A program made the translations under genes and the position numbers. A stretch of DNA of 64,000 bases from contig CAWCPV010000003.1 of assembly GCA_963797555.1 (NCBI GenBank), positions 704,001-768,000 on the forward strand. Direction: 5' to 3'. Positions within the stretch are counted from its first letter, which is position 1; each line of letters starts with the position of its first letter. This DNA comes from an uncultured Gammaproteobacteria bacterium. GTDB lineage: Bacteria; Pseudomonadota; Gammaproteobacteria; CAWCPV01. Below are positions 11,427 to 22,367 of the stretch, piece by piece. The notes beneath the pieces were generated by a model that saw only the letters and a list, made by a program, of their open reading frames with translations, made no database searches and was not told the DNA's origin.

Positions 11427-12305
11427 TCAAGCCGACAGGCGCTTTCCCATGAGGCGTTCGAGGACCCGCAGGGGTGCGGTCTGCTCGTCGCGGAGGCCGG
11501 CGAGGGGCAAGTGAAAGGTCTGCTCCAGCATGTACTGACCGGACATGGCGGCGTGCAGGACTTGGTCGCTGAACACGATCCAGGTGCTCCCCGGGGGCAG
11601 CGCGACCTCCTGCTGCGGCGCATCCCGCTGGTATGCGGCGTCGGCCTTTGCCAAGTCGTGAAGCTGGAGCATGACGTGGTCGTACCGGGTACGTTTTCCC
11701 TTCGTCACCCCCAAGGTCCGCAACAGCCAAGCCGAGGCTGGCCAAGGCGCGCGTACCCTGGGGAGGTAGCGCTGCGCCATGGCCGCGAACGGCTCGCCGA
11801 GGCGCCATACTCGGGGACGTCCCTCGGGGTCGACGTTGTTGAAAACTCGCAGAATGCGCTCGCCCCCGGTGGGGCTCGACGGGAAGGCATCGACATGCAG
11901 GCGTTTGTCGTCCTTCTTGAAGGAGCTGACCCGCTGCTGGACCTCGAACAGGCGCAGGCTCGTGCGCGCCCTCCGCAGGGTCGGAACGTAATCGGGCAGG
12001 AGGCTGCTCACGAGCTGGGTGGCTTGGTCGGCGAAGCGCGCCATCGCAGCCCGGAGCCGTTCCAGATCTTGCGCCGGCCCACGGGCACCGCGCAGCGCTT
12101 GCTGTCCATCCAGGCTGACATTCTTCGACTTGCCGTCTGACCAAAACGGGGAAAGGAATTGCCTCTCGCGCTCCGACATCTCGAAGCCGAGCCGGGGAAA
12201 GAACAACACTTCACCCCGCTCGAGGGACGTGATCGCTTCCCGCTGCAGCTCGCGGCTGACGCATGGGTCCCACCGGTCGATGGAAAGTTCGTGGAGGATA
12301 TTCAC
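11427..12305 (-). CDS. kdoO: Kdo hydroxylase family protein
   Basis: KDDKRLHVDAFPS, GERILRVFNNV, YDHVMLQLHD, DQVLHAAMSGQYMLEQT. Confidence 0.85.
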   Translation of the reverse strand: MNILHELSIDRWDPCVSRELQREAITSLERGEVLFFPRLGFEMSERERQFLSPFWSDGKSKNVSLDGQQALRGARGPAQDLERLRAAMARFADQATQLVSSLLPDYVPTLRRARTSLRLFEVQQRVSSFKKDDKRLHVDAFPSSPTGGERILRVFNNVDPEGRPRVWRLGEPFAAMAQRYLPRVRAPWPASAWLLRTLGVTKGKRTRYDHVMLQLHDLAKADAAYQRDAPQQEVALPPGSTWIVFSDQVLHAAMSGQYMLEQTFHLPLAGLRDEQTAPLRVLERLMGKRLSA

Positions 12306-13137
12306 GCGCCGTTATCTCTCGTGACTGCGAGGAGCCGCCGCTAACAGCCGACCCCGCGCCGCGGGCCACGTATCGCTGCTCCGCCCGACGACTTACGACC
12401 ACCGCAGCTCATTCCGCTCCGACAGTCCCGGGGTGCGGTGCCGAACAGGACACCAAGCCGCTCGTCCAGCACGCGACGGCGTATTCTCCCTCACCGGCGT
12501 GACGGCCGTAAAGGATGGGCCGTTTCCAACGCGCTGTGACTCCGAGGCGCGCCCGCGCGGGGTCGAGCGACGCGTGCGGAGCGATCGACCTGAGCGAAGC
12601 AATCCTCCCCGCCTTCATGCAGCTCAATCGGTTCTTTACAGGCAGCGCCGATAGCCCTCGATTCCGCGAAGCTCCATCGAGGCTACGGAGTCCAAAACCT
12701 TGCGTCGTCCACGAAGCGACGACGGCGGTGAGGGTGCTCCCCAAATCAGGAGACTGCCGGAGCCGGCGGCCAGGGGACCCCGCACCCTCACCGCCTGCAT
12801 CGGGCGTGAGTCGCGGCCGGGGGCCTGTGCGGACCCCGGCCCTGCTCTCAGGCGGCATGCCGCCGGTATGGCTCCGCCAGCTCCTGCAGCAGCTCGTCGC
12901 GGCGTGCCTCGAGATGCGCGGCCAGTGCGTCGTAGGGCGCACCCTGCCGCTCGACGCCCTCGCAGCCGGCACGGGCCGCGAGCCGGGCGTGCTGGTCTCG
13001 GGCCATGTTCGAGGCCGTGGTCACGCACGCCAGGGAAACCAATCGCGGCGGCGACCACTGAGCCGCCGACAGCGGGGCGCGCAAGCGGTTGACCGCAGCG
13101 GAGATGCGTTGCGGCAGCCTCCAGGAGTCTCCGCCGG

Positions 13138-13734
13138 CTACGGGTGGCCGGCGTCTGCGGCCGCCTCGTCCGGGCCCGCTACCTCGAACACCTCCCACAA
13201 CGCCACCTCCACCGCCTCCAGAGTGGCGAAGATGAGCTTCTCTTCCGGGCCGAACACGGTACCCTTGTCGAAGCCGTCGGGGCCGAGCAGGAAGCGCATG
13301 GCGTAGTGCTCCAGGGGGTCCACCACCACGTATTCCCTGACACCGGTGCGCTCATAGAGGGTCCTTTTTTGGCGTAGGTCCTTGGTCGCGGTGGCAGGCG
13401 AGAGAATTTCCATCACCACGTCCGGCGCGCCTTCGACGTGGGTGGGCGTGATCTTCGCCGCGTCGCACACCACCAGAATGTCGGGCTGCACCACGTCCGT
13501 ATCCGAGAGGCGCACGTCCGTGGGCGCGATGAAGGCGCGGCAGGGTTTGCCAGCAAGGGCTTGCTCCAGTCGACTGGACAGGCGCAACACAACGGTCTGG
13601 TGCCGGGTGGACGGCGCCGGCGACATCGCGTACGCCGTGCCGTCGATGATCTCCCAGCGGTCCTCTTCGCTCCAGTTCCGGTAGTCGCTCCAAGTGTAGC
13701 GGGTGTCGGGGCGTTCCTTGCTCGATGTCGGCAT
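13138..13734 (-). CDS. Uma2 family endonuclease
   Basis: RWEIIDG, SPAPSTRHQ, VVQPDILVVCD, GAPDVVMEILSP. Confidence 0.9.
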   Translation of the reverse strand: MPTSSKERPDTRYTWSDYRNWSEEDRWEIIDGTAYAMSPAPSTRHQTVVLRLSSRLEQALAGKPCRAFIAPTDVRLSDTDVVQPDILVVCDAAKITPTHVEGAPDVVMEILSPATATKDLRQKRTLYERTGVREYVVVDPLEHYAMRFLLGPDGFDKGTVFGPEEKLIFATLEAVEVALWEVFEVAGPDEAAADAGHP

Positions 13735-14253
13735 GGCGGCTTTCCACTTTGCTGTTCCAGGCGGGACAGAATGCTCCCATGATAGCCATCGGCAACGCTA
13801 TCGCCAAAGCCGCTCCGACTCACGAGCGTCTGGTGGGCACGCAGAGCTTGTCAAATCTCTGCCCCGACGGCATAACACGAGGGCCGGACAGTGGCTCATC
13901 TCGCGTTTCACGCCTCGGGGAGTGACACGGCCGCGGCTCGGGTGACACGCTGCACGAGGACTCTGGGCCTCCCACGCGCCCGGGCTACCGGACGACGCGC
14001 TTTTGTGTCAGAGCCCCGGCCGATGCCCCGCAGCATGAGCCCGGCGACTCACAGGATTCCGGCAACAGCCCAGCAATGAAGGCCCGAGCAGGAGGTGGAG
14101 AGCTCGCTTTCCGACTGTTCCAGCCCGAAGCGTTGCATGTCGATCACCTGCGCGGTGAAGTGTAGAATGCCGGCAGCTTATCCGAGATCCATTTCACAAT
14201 AAGCAAGCAGGCCACGCCTAGGTCGCGGGCAGGGAATTCACCGGATCAGGACG

Positions 14254-15111
14254 ATGGTAGAAATCAGACACCGAAAGACCGGAGAGATACTGGCTACGGT
14301 GGACGCCGATAGCCTGGCGGGAGCGGACCTGCGCGAGATGCGGCTGGAGGGTGCCGACCTTGCGGGCGCCGACCTCGAAGGTGCGCGCCTGAATTACGCG
14401 AACTTGGTGGGTGCCGACCTCAGGGGAGCGAACCTGTCCGGCGCGACCCTGGTCCGCGCCCATCTGAACGGTGCCGATATGGAGGGGTGCAGACTGATCA
14501 GGGCACGCCTGGGCGATGATGCACACTCCAATGCCGCGATGCTGCTGGGGTGCAACCTCAAAGGCGCTGACCTGACCCGCGCCGATCTGCGCCAGGTCGA
14601 GCTTCGCAACAGCGATATGCAGGGCGCCATCCTGACCCGTGCCGACATGCGCGGCGCCGACCTCTATCAGTGCAATCTCAGCAGCGTGACCGCTCACAAC
14701 ACCCTGATGATCAAGGCCAGCCTGAGAGAAGCGAACCTTAGCGGCGCGGACATCTCCGACAGCCACCTCAACGATGCCAACCTGATCAAGGCCAACCTGC
14801 AGGGCGCACGCCTCGAAAGCCAGCACGAGGGCGGCTACACCGTCATCAACGGGGCCAGTATGGAGGGAGCCAATCTCGCCAATGCGAGGCTGCGCAATGT
14901 CTGGGCGGAGGACACCAACCTCAGGCACGCCAACCTCAGCCACGCGGACCTCTCCCACGCGGTGATGGGCGGCGCTATCCTGCGAAGCGCCAACGTCGCC
15001 GGCGCCAACTTCGAAGGGGTCGACCTGACGACCGTCTCCATGGACTTCTCCAACTTCTCCGAGGCGCTGAACGCCGTTACCACCCCTTTGGACAACGGCA
15101 ACCTGCGGTAG
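14254..15111 (+). CDS. Pentapeptide repeat protein
   Basis: Extensive A(D/N)LxG repeats. Confidence 0.9.
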   Translation: MVEIRHRKTGEILATVDADSLAGADLREMRLEGADLAGADLEGARLNYANLVGADLRGANLSGATLVRAHLNGADMEGCRLIRARLGDDAHSNAAMLLGCNLKGADLTRADLRQVELRNSDMQGAILTRADMRGADLYQCNLSSVTAHNTLMIKASLREANLSGADISDSHLNDANLIKANLQGARLESQHEGGYTVINGASMEGANLANARLRNVWAEDTNLRHANLSHADLSHAVMGGAILRSANVAGANFEGVDLTTVSMDFSNFSEALNAVTTPLDNGNLR

Positions 15112-15196
15112 CCGAGCCGGCGCGGTCGCTCGAACAGGTCGAGTCGCTGCCGCCCTGCAGACAACAAGACCCGAGCGAGGGTCCGCTTCCGCGAGG

Positions 15197-15577
15197 TCAG
15201 GCATCTTCCGCCGTCTGCCGCAACCGGCGCACCAGCAGCACGCCGTACACCCCGGCGTTAACTGCGACGACCGCGACGCCGAGGACGACTTGCAGTCCGC
15301 GGGTCAGGCCGGCCGGGTAGACAACGGGCATGACGTAGTGATCGATGAATCCACCCGAGAAACCCGGGCTTCCGCCCGCCGCCCTAAGCCGGTTCTCGAG
15401 CGGCGTCAGAGGGCAGATCCAGCCCGAGAACTCGATGAATGCGCCCCAGACGGCGGCAGGCACATGGACCCACACGACCTTCGGCCACCTCAGGGCCAAC
15501 AGGCCACCCAAGACGACGAACACAATAAAGCCCAGGTGGAACAGAACGACGGCATCTGCGGCAAGCCTTGCAAGCAT
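15197..15577 (-). CDS. DUF2784 membrane protein
   Basis: HLGFIVFVVLGG, ICPLTPLEN, GFIDHY. Confidence 0.85.
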   Translation of the reverse strand: MLARLAADAVVLFHLGFIVFVVLGGLLALRWPKVVWVHVPAAVWGAFIEFSGWICPLTPLENRLRAAGGSPGFSGGFIDHYVMPVVYPAGLTRGLQVVLGVAVVAVNAGVYGVLLVRRLRQTAEDA

Positions 15578-15923
15578 GTTGCGCTAATCGATGATGGTCG
15601 GTTCCTTGGGAGGAGGTCGAGGTAGGATGCATCGCAGCCCGACCGCCTTCGCCCATATCCCGGCGCGCAGCATTACCGCGCCGGGCTCCTGCGCCGCGTC
15701 GAGCCTCTCCGCTCGACTTCCCCCACCGCGAGCGGTCTTCCCATTCAGGCAGCGACGGGCGCACCGGGGACGCCGCCGCCAGCCCATGGCCCCCGCAAGT
15801 GCGACTATACCGCCCGAAATCGCCGGCCGGAACGGGTGTCCCAAGCACCATCAGCGCCTGCGTGCCCACAGCACGCGGCGGGTTCTGCGGCTCGTCATGC
15901 TGATAATGCTGGTCCCCTGTGGC

Positions 15924-16316
15924 CTGGCGACCTCGCTCAACAACCTCGCCAAGTTCCTCAGCGACCTCGGGCAGCGCGAGGAGGCCCTCCAGGCCGCCCA
16001 AGAGGCCGTGGCGATGCGCCGGGAGCTCGCCGCCCAGCGCCCCGACGCCTTCCGCCCGGACCTGGCGACCTCGCTCAACAACCTCGCCAACTTCCTCAGC
16101 GAGCTCGGGCAGCGCGAGGAGGCCCTCCAGGCCGCCGAGGAGGCGGTAACGCTTCTGTCGGCTTACTTTTTGGCGCAGCCCGGCGCCTTCGGCCAGTGGA
16201 TGGCGGTGTGCTTACGGAATTACCTGACGTATGCCGAAAGGGTTGGCATCCAGCCGGACGTTCAGCTCATCTCACCCATTATCGAGGTGTTCAACCGCGC
16301 CCCGCCCGAGCGATGA
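15924..16316 (+). pseudogene. C-terminal remnant of a TPR-repeat protein
   Basis: Two near-identical repeats 138 bp apart (LATSLNNLAxFLSxLGQREEALQAA) at 15924 and 16062; no plausible N-terminus. Confidence 0.7.
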
Positions 16317-16615
16317 CGCGGGCGGCAGCGGCAGCAAGACCGTGGGTCAGGGATTCTCCGAGACCTGGGGAGACGAATGCCCGTCGATGTGCAGGGGCGG
16401 CGCTTGGCCCATTGGATCACCTATTCACGTGGGATCAGCCAGAATCCGGCGAGCAGTTCACGGTGCGGAGAACTGGATGCGCGCGCCCTCCGCGCTCCGC
16501 TAAACCCCACTGGCCGCAAGTAGCACGGCCGAACAATCTTTTCCCTGTCGGCGCTCCCAACTTCCCGAAATGCCGAGCCCCCCGGATCGGTACGGTGCGC
16601 CCGCCCTGAGGCGCC

Positions 16616-17845
16616 TCAGTCGTCGATCGCCTGGTAGGCCAAGGTCCAGAAGTCGCGACAGACGCGCGGAGGACTGGGAGAAATCCAGGCGGCCTGGGTC
16701 ATCAGGATTCCGATCAGGTCCTCCGCGGGGTCCGAATACCAGGAGGTGCCCAAACCGCCGTCCCAGCCGAACTTTCCGACGGGCCCGGCCGGATCGTCGC
16801 GCCGGGTGACGACAGACACGCCGAACCCCCAACCGTGGCTGTCGAAGTAGCCGGGGACCAGACCGGACACCGCCTTCTGCCCGGGCGTCAGCTGATCGGT
16901 CGTCATGGTCTCGACCGAAGGTCTGGACAGGACGCGTTCGCTGCCGTATTTGCCCTGGTTCAGCATCATCTGACCGAAGGCCAGACAGTCGTCGATGGTC
17001 GAGACGAGCCCCGCGCCGCCGTCCGGGAATGCAGGCGGGCGGCTCCACTGGCTGCCCTTGGCCGCGTCGTAGAGCTCGAGCGCTCCGGTTTCGGGCTGGG
17101 TCCAGTAGCTCGCCGCCAGGCGGTCGATGCGGCTGGCCGGCAGGCTGAAACCGGTGTCCTTCATGCCGAGCGGCTCGAACAGACGTTCGCGGAAGAAGGT
17201 CTCCAGCGGCTGACCGGCGGCGCGCGCGATCAGCACGCCCAATACGTACGACCCCGTGTTGTACATCCACCTCGCGCCCGGCTGGTGCATCAGCGGCAGC
17301 TCGCCTAAGCGGCGAATCCACTCATCCGGCGGGTGCGGCGCCAATGGGTTCGGCGGCCCGAAACCCACGATCTGCAGGTCGCCCACCGCCTCCTGGATCG
17401 GATAGGTGCCTGGAGGCGCCATGACGATGCCCAACCCCATACGGAACGTGAGCAGGTCGCGCACGGTGATCGGCCGGTGCGCGAGCACGGTCTCGTTCAG
17501 CGGCCCGTCGAGCCGCTTCAGCACCTTGCGGCCAGCCAGCTCGGGCAGCAGCCGATCCACCGGCTCGTCCAGCCGCAGCTTGCATTCCTCCACCAGGATC
17601 ATGGTCGCCGCAGCGGTGATCGGCTTGGTCATCGAGGAGATGCGGAAGATCGTATCGCGCCGCATCGGCCCATTCCCGATGGTTTCGGGGCCGCCGACCG
17701 CCTTCATGCCGATCGCATCGACACGCACCTCGCCGTGCCGGCAGATCAGGGCGACGATACCGGGCACCTCGCCGCGCTCGACATAACCGGCCATGACATC
17801 GTGCATGCGGCCGAGCCGGGCCTTGGACAATCCTCCGATACCCAT
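16616..17845 (-). CDS. Serine hydrolase, beta-lactamase class C-like family
   Basis: FRISSMTK (SxxK), WMYN, GWDGGLGT. Confidence 0.9.
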   Translation of the reverse strand: MGIGGLSKARLGRMHDVMAGYVERGEVPGIVALICRHGEVRVDAIGMKAVGGPETIGNGPMRRDTIFRISSMTKPITAAATMILVEECKLRLDEPVDRLLPELAGRKVLKRLDGPLNETVLAHRPITVRDLLTFRMGLGIVMAPPGTYPIQEAVGDLQIVGFGPPNPLAPHPPDEWIRRLGELPLMHQPGARWMYNTGSYVLGVLIARAAGQPLETFFRERLFEPLGMKDTGFSLPASRIDRLAASYWTQPETGALELYDAAKGSQWSRPPAFPDGGAGLVSTIDDCLAFGQMMLNQGKYGSERVLSRPSVETMTTDQLTPGQKAVSGLVPGYFDSHGWGFGVSVVTRRDDPAGPVGKFGWDGGLGTSWYSDPAEDLIGILMTQAAWISPSPPRVCRDFWTLAYQAIDD

Positions 17846-17930
17846 TGCCTGGTCCCTCCTTCCCGTCTCATCCTTTGCCTGCCTGCGCTTGCGCAGCCCT
17901 GTAACCCACTGCGGTCGCGTGAGACCTTGC

Positions 17931-18074
17931 CAATGAATCTGCTGCGCGTCCCGACAGCGGCGTTGCGCGGTGCGCATGGCGTACCTCCCTGTACGCCACC
18001 TCCCTGGGGCGCCCGCCGGACGTACCGAATGGCTGTCCTGCCATTCGGTCGGTCCTCGTGTATCGACTCGATAG
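17931..18074 (-). repeat. Dispersed ~145 bp GGA-hairpin repeat, copy A
   Basis: Reverse complement matches 35216-35361, 41793-41920, 54161-54228 and 63614-63741. Confidence 0.8.
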
Positions 18075-18449
18075 CTGTCGTCGCTGCGGTACGTGCGCCT
18101 TGCTCTTGGTCCGCTCGGGACCATTTCTTCGCAAGTTCCGAAAGCATCCGCCTCGCAAACTCGGCGCACCAGCGTATTGGAAGCCAGGGCTCCTGCCGCC
18201 GCCGCTCCGCATTCGCTGGTGCATCCTCCGTGAACCGCCAGCGCCCAGCAGTCTATCCCAATGGTGTGGCGGGAGCACCCGACTGCCGCCGGCAGAAGGG
18301 TGTTCCGCTGGCATGCGGCGGATCTGGCGGCCCTGGCCCTCAGTCTGCCGCCGCCCGCCCACCGGCGAGGTAACCTTCGTCCTGACGGCGGTACCCTCCG
18401 CGTCCTCTACCGCAACGGGGAACTGAAGGTCCGGCTGGACCAGAAAGCG

Positions 18450-18713
18450 CATAGGATGCAGTGAACACATGGAAACCCGAATGAGGCCGGTCGGCCACCC
18501 GCCGACCCCATCCGTGTTTTGCCGAATTCCAATGGATATAGTCCACGTGCCGGTTGAAGTACATGCCATTACAGACAACTCCTGGTCTCGACCGTCATTC
18601 CGGCTGGGAAGCCGGGATCCAGAGGCCATGGACGGCATAGGTCGGCATCCTTGCCCCTGGATTCCGTACAGTCTTTGCCAAACGCGCTCGCCCGGTTCGA
18701 TGGCACGGGAAAG
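18450..18713 (-). pseudogene. RAYT (REP-associated tyrosine transposase) 3' half
   Basis: ERVWQR and RHVDYIHWNSAKHG...PHSGFH resemble RAYT WQRR/HVDYIHYNPVKHG/WPYSSFH; REP-like ATAGGATGCAGTGAAC at 18450. Confidence 0.7.
18593..18667. repeat. Palindromic REP/MITE-like insertion inside the RAYT remnant
   Basis: GTCATTCCGGC..GCCGGGATCCAG...CTGGATTCCG hairpin architecture interrupting the RAYT reading. Confidence 0.5.
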
Positions 18714-18805
18714 GTAACCGTTCAGACCCTCCCACCAGTTGATCGATGCGTTAAGAGCGCGTCCAGCGCAGCAGAGCCGCTCGGCTTGTCGTACACTCCC
18801 GGCTC

Positions 18806-19715
18806 ATGGATCAAGAGCCCTCTATTCCGCAGGCGATCACGGCGAGCGGCCGGAGCTTTACCGAAGAGGAGATCTCCGCCATCGTCCGAATGGTGTCGAT
18901 GTGCGTGGGCCTGAGTCGTTTTGAGCTGGCGCAGACCATCTGTGAGCTGCTGGGGTGGAGACGGGACAACGGAGCCCTGAAGTCCCGCGAGGGTCGGGAT
19001 CTACTGGAGCGGTTGGAAGCTCGGGGGGATCTGGGGCTTCCCGCCAAGCGCACGGGCAGGCCCAAGGGGCGGCGCACCTGCACTGCGCAGACCGATCGGG
19101 GCGAACGCCGCGGCGAGATTGCCGGTGCGCTGCAGGAGGTGGCCCCGGTGGAGCTTCAGTTAGTGCGCCAGGCCGAGGGACGGGCATTGTGGCGCGAGCT
19201 TCTCGCGCGCTATCACTACTTGGGCTATGCCACACCCTTTGGGGCCCAGTTGGTCTATCTCATCTGCTCCCAGCGCCGGGAGGGGGAGGTGTTGGGCGGG
19301 CTCACCTACACCAGCCCGGCCTGGCGCATGCAGGCCCGCGATGCGTGGATTCGGCTGGGACGAGAGAGCGCGCAAAGCGCACCTCGCACGCATCGTCAAT
19401 CAGGGGCGCTTCCTGATTCTGCCCTGGGTGAAAGTGCCTCATCTGGCGAGCCACGTGCTGGCCTTGGGCAGCCGGCGCATCGTAGGGGATTGGGAGCGCC
19501 ACTATGGGCTGCGTCCCTGGCTGCTGGAGACCCTGGTGGACCCGGCCCGCTTTGCCGGGACCTGCTACCGGGCGGCCAACTGGTGCGAGGTGGGCGAGAC
19601 CAGCGGACGCGGGCGCATGGACCGTGCGCACCAACGCCATGGCAGAGCGATAAAGCGGGTCTTCCTCTACGCTCTGCACCCGCAGGCCAGAGAGCGCCTG
19701 CGCGGTGAGCGCTGA
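18806..19715 (+). CDS. DUF4338 domain protein, copy 2 (extra T near 19350 shifts frame)
   Basis: Near-identical to 1461..2369. Confidence 0.85.
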
Positions 19716-19717
19716 AC

Positions 19718-21286
19718 TCAAGCGGGCGCAGGAAGCGGCGGTGCCTCAAAGCCGCGGCGTCGGTGGGCGAGGACATCTCTGAGATAGCACAGCGGGGAGC
19801 TCAATCGCAGCCGAGAAGTCTCGATCACACTGGCGAGCAGCGCCAGCGCCCGGCTGCCTTGTTCGCTGCGGGTCCCCTGGCTGATGCGACGCAGAATCAC
19901 CCAGTGACGCAGCGCCCGCTCCGCCACGTTGTTGGTCAGCGGCAGCTGAGGCTCATCCAACACCCGGAAGATCGCCCCCCAGTCGTTGAGCAGCTCCTTG
20001 CCCAGCGCCTGGGCCTTGTCATAAGGGCAGCAGCTCATGCGTTCACACAGGGCCGTGAGCTCGTTGAGCTCGCCCGGGTGGGCTTGCCGCAGGGAGCCGC
20101 CCGGTCCCTCGCGGGCGTGATAGACGGCCTGCATCAGCGCATCGAGCAGGTCATAGACCGCCTGGCCGTAGCCCTGGAGGGTGGGCGAGAGGCAATCCCT
20201 CAGGCCCCGGGCCTTGCGAATGAGATGCGCCCAGCAACGCAGGCGCTTGGCATAGTCCCGATAGACCTGGTACCCATCGCTCATCAGATAGCCGCAGAAG
20301 AGATCCTCGATGAGGTTCTGAAACATCTCTTTGGCGCGAGAGCCGACCAAGAACAGCGCCGTCGAGGCCGAGATGAACACCCATAACCACAAGGGCTCTC
20401 CCCATTGCTTGTGCGGTGTCTCATCGGCATGCATGAGGGCCGCTTCCAGCAACTGGGTCACCAGCTCATCCTCGACCGGCTCGCAGGCACGGGCGGTCTC
20501 CATCACGCATTGGTGGAGGGTGCCGATGCCGAGCGCCAGCCCAAACACCTCGTGCAGGAACTCCCGGACCAGGCGGATGGACAGGCGCATCCGAAACCGC
20601 AGCCAGACGATGAAGGCGCACAATCCCGGCCCCACCAGGCGCCACTCGCCAAGCTCCACCCCTCGCCAGCATCCCAAGTGCTCGGGCGCGCGGTGCGGCG
20701 CCTGCCGGGTCTCATGACCACAGTCGCAACGGCTCTGGTAGTATACCTGCCGCGTGCAGGTCAGGCGCAGCCCCGGCGCCTGCTCATCGCCAAAGACCAA
20801 GTCCAGCCTATCAAAGGCGGTGTAGGGCTTCGCCTGCTCAGGATTGAGCGCCCCACCACACAGCGCACAACTTCCCGGCCGATGATGGTCCCAATCGGTG
20901 ACTGTCAGCTTCTGGGCGCGCCCGAATCCCTGGGAGCCAGGCTGCCGGCCCGCTCGGCGCTGCGTCCCTGAGGTCTTGCCACTCGTGTCCTTTGCGCCCT
21001 TCTGGCCGCCAGCCCCGGGGAGGCCATCCTCCTCAGAACGGCTCTTGGCCTCCTCGTCCTCAGGACCGGCGTCGGCCTCTTCGTCCTCCCGCGCACGCAG
21101 CCAGGGGTCTTGACTGCTCGGCGGACGAGAGCTATTGGAGGGACTCTGATTGAGCCGCTCCCACGCTTCCTTGAGATCCTGCAGCAGGCGGATGCTCAGC
21201 GCTGCCAGCGCATCGGGATCCTTCTGCCTCAGCTCCAGAATGCGCTCCTCGCTGAGCTGACGAAGGTCGTGCTCCTTGAGCACCAT
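19718..21286 (-). CDS. IS66-family transposase, intact
   Basis: Full ORF with leucine-zipper-like N-terminus, zinc finger and DDE motifs (HADET, SDGY, NNVAERALR). Confidence 0.92.
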   Translation of the reverse strand: MVLKEHDLRQLSEERILELRQKDPDALAALSIRLLQDLKEAWERLNQSPSNSSRPPSSQDPWLRAREDEEADAGPEDEEAKSRSEEDGLPGAGGQKGAKDTSGKTSGTQRRAGRQPGSQGFGRAQKLTVTDWDHHRPGSCALCGGALNPEQAKPYTAFDRLDLVFGDEQAPGLRLTCTRQVYYQSRCDCGHETRQAPHRAPEHLGCWRGVELGEWRLVGPGLCAFIVWLRFRMRLSIRLVREFLHEVFGLALGIGTLHQCVMETARACEPVEDELVTQLLEAALMHADETPHKQWGEPLWLWVFISASTALFLVGSRAKEMFQNLIEDLFCGYLMSDGYQVYRDYAKRLRCWAHLIRKARGLRDCLSPTLQGYGQAVYDLLDALMQAVYHAREGPGGSLRQAHPGELNELTALCERMSCCPYDKAQALGKELLNDWGAIFRVLDEPQLPLTNNVAERALRHWVILRRISQGTRSEQGSRALALLASVIETSRLRLSSPLCYLRDVLAHRRRGFEAPPLPAPA

Positions 21287-21403
21287 GATTGTGTGTGACA
21301 GTGAGGTCGAGGAACATCCTGCCAAGGGCACCCAACTGTCTCACGCTGGAACCGTTTTGTCCAGCCCTCCGGGTCAAAATATTCCAGGGGGGTGAACGGT
21401 TAC

Positions 21404-21659
21404 ACGGGAAAGTGTTTCTTGATCTCCAGCGGAGAGAACAATCCGTATCGCCGGGCGGCAGCGTCCAGACGCAATGCAAATGGTCCGACAGGGCCACCAA
21501 CGCCTCCAGGTGGAAGGGGTGCCGTACCCGAAAGCTATGAAACCCAGTTCGCAACACATCGGCCCGCTCGACCAATAGCCGATTCCCGTGTCGCGCGGCC
21601 AGATTCACCGTGAAAAACCACGCGGCTCGGGGAAGCCAGGCACGGCGGCACTCGGTCAT
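21404..21659 (-). pseudogene. RAYT 5' half, interrupted by IS66-like element
   Basis: MTECRRAWLP..WFFTVNL..HPFHLEALVALSDHLHCVWTLPPGD (HUH motif HLH). Confidence 0.85.
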
Positions 21660-21694
21660 CGATAACCTTCTCTCGTCCAGCTCTTTTCGCGAGC

Positions 21695-21725
21695 GATGCG
21701 GTTCCTTCGTTCACCGCATCCGACG
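21695..21725 (-). repeat. REP-like palindrome upstream of RAYT
   Basis: GTCGGATGCGGTGAACGAAGGAACCGCATC hairpin; related copies at 22368-22396, 25609-25639 and 18450. Confidence 0.75.
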
Positions 21726-21796
21726 CGGGCTCGCCGCCTGCGCGGTGCGCCCCTTTCGCCCGGCTTGCCGTGCCGGGTGCTATACTCCAACGCGCG

Positions 21797-22342
21797 ATGT
21801 CCACGTTGAAGCGCAACGTCAGCCTCACCCCCGAGGAGTACATCGAGGCCGAGCAGTACGGCCCGATCCGGCACGAGCTCGTCGGCGGGCGGCTGTACGC
21901 CATGGTGGGGGCAAGCCGAGCGCACAACCTCATAGCGGGCAATCTGTACGCTGCCCTGCACACCCATCTGACGGGCAAGAACTGCCAGGTCTTCATATCG
22001 GACATGAAGGTGCGCGTGGGTGATGACTTCTATTATCCGGACATCGTCGTCGAATGCGATGCCTCCGATCCGGACCCGTACTATTGCCGCGAGCCGCGGC
22101 TCATCGTCGAGGTTCTGTCTGCCTCGACAGAGAAGTGGGACATGATCACCAAGCGCGTCGCCTACCAGTCCTTGTCCAGCCTCCAGGAGTATGTCGTGGT
22201 GGCACAGGATCGGCGAGAGATGCAGGTCTACCGTCGGGCCGGGGACACCTGGGACCTGGAGACCTACGCCCAAGGCGATGCCGTATGGGTGGCTTCGGTC
22301 GGACTGAGCCTGCCGATGGCGGCGGTCTATGAAGGCGCCTGA
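21797..22342 (+). CDS. Uma2 family endonuclease
   Basis: RHELVGG, HNLIAGNL, YYPDIVVEC, LIVEVLS. Confidence 0.9.
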   Translation: MSTLKRNVSLTPEEYIEAEQYGPIRHELVGGRLYAMVGASRAHNLIAGNLYAALHTHLTGKNCQVFISDMKVRVGDDFYYPDIVVECDASDPDPYYCREPRLIVEVLSASTEKWDMITKRVAYQSLSSLQEYVVVAQDRREMQVYRRAGDTWDLETYAQGDAVWVASVGLSLPMAAVYEGA

Positions 22343-22367
22343 AGCTCTTCGCAGGAAACGATCGCGA

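Larger units (their letters stand above)
18714..21403 (-). mobile_element. IS66-like element copy 2, complete (2690 bp)
   Basis: Terminal IRs GTAACCGTTCA at 18714 and reverse complement ending 21403; 9-bp direct repeat ACGGGAAAG at 18705-18713 and 21404-21412. Confidence 0.93.

Noticed and set aside
12306-13137. Several overlapping ORFs between the Kdo hydroxylase and Uma2
   Set aside because: No recognisable motif or consistent coding signal; possibly decayed sequence
14254-15111. Internal nucleotide repetitiveness
   Set aside because: Explained by pentapeptide repeat coding
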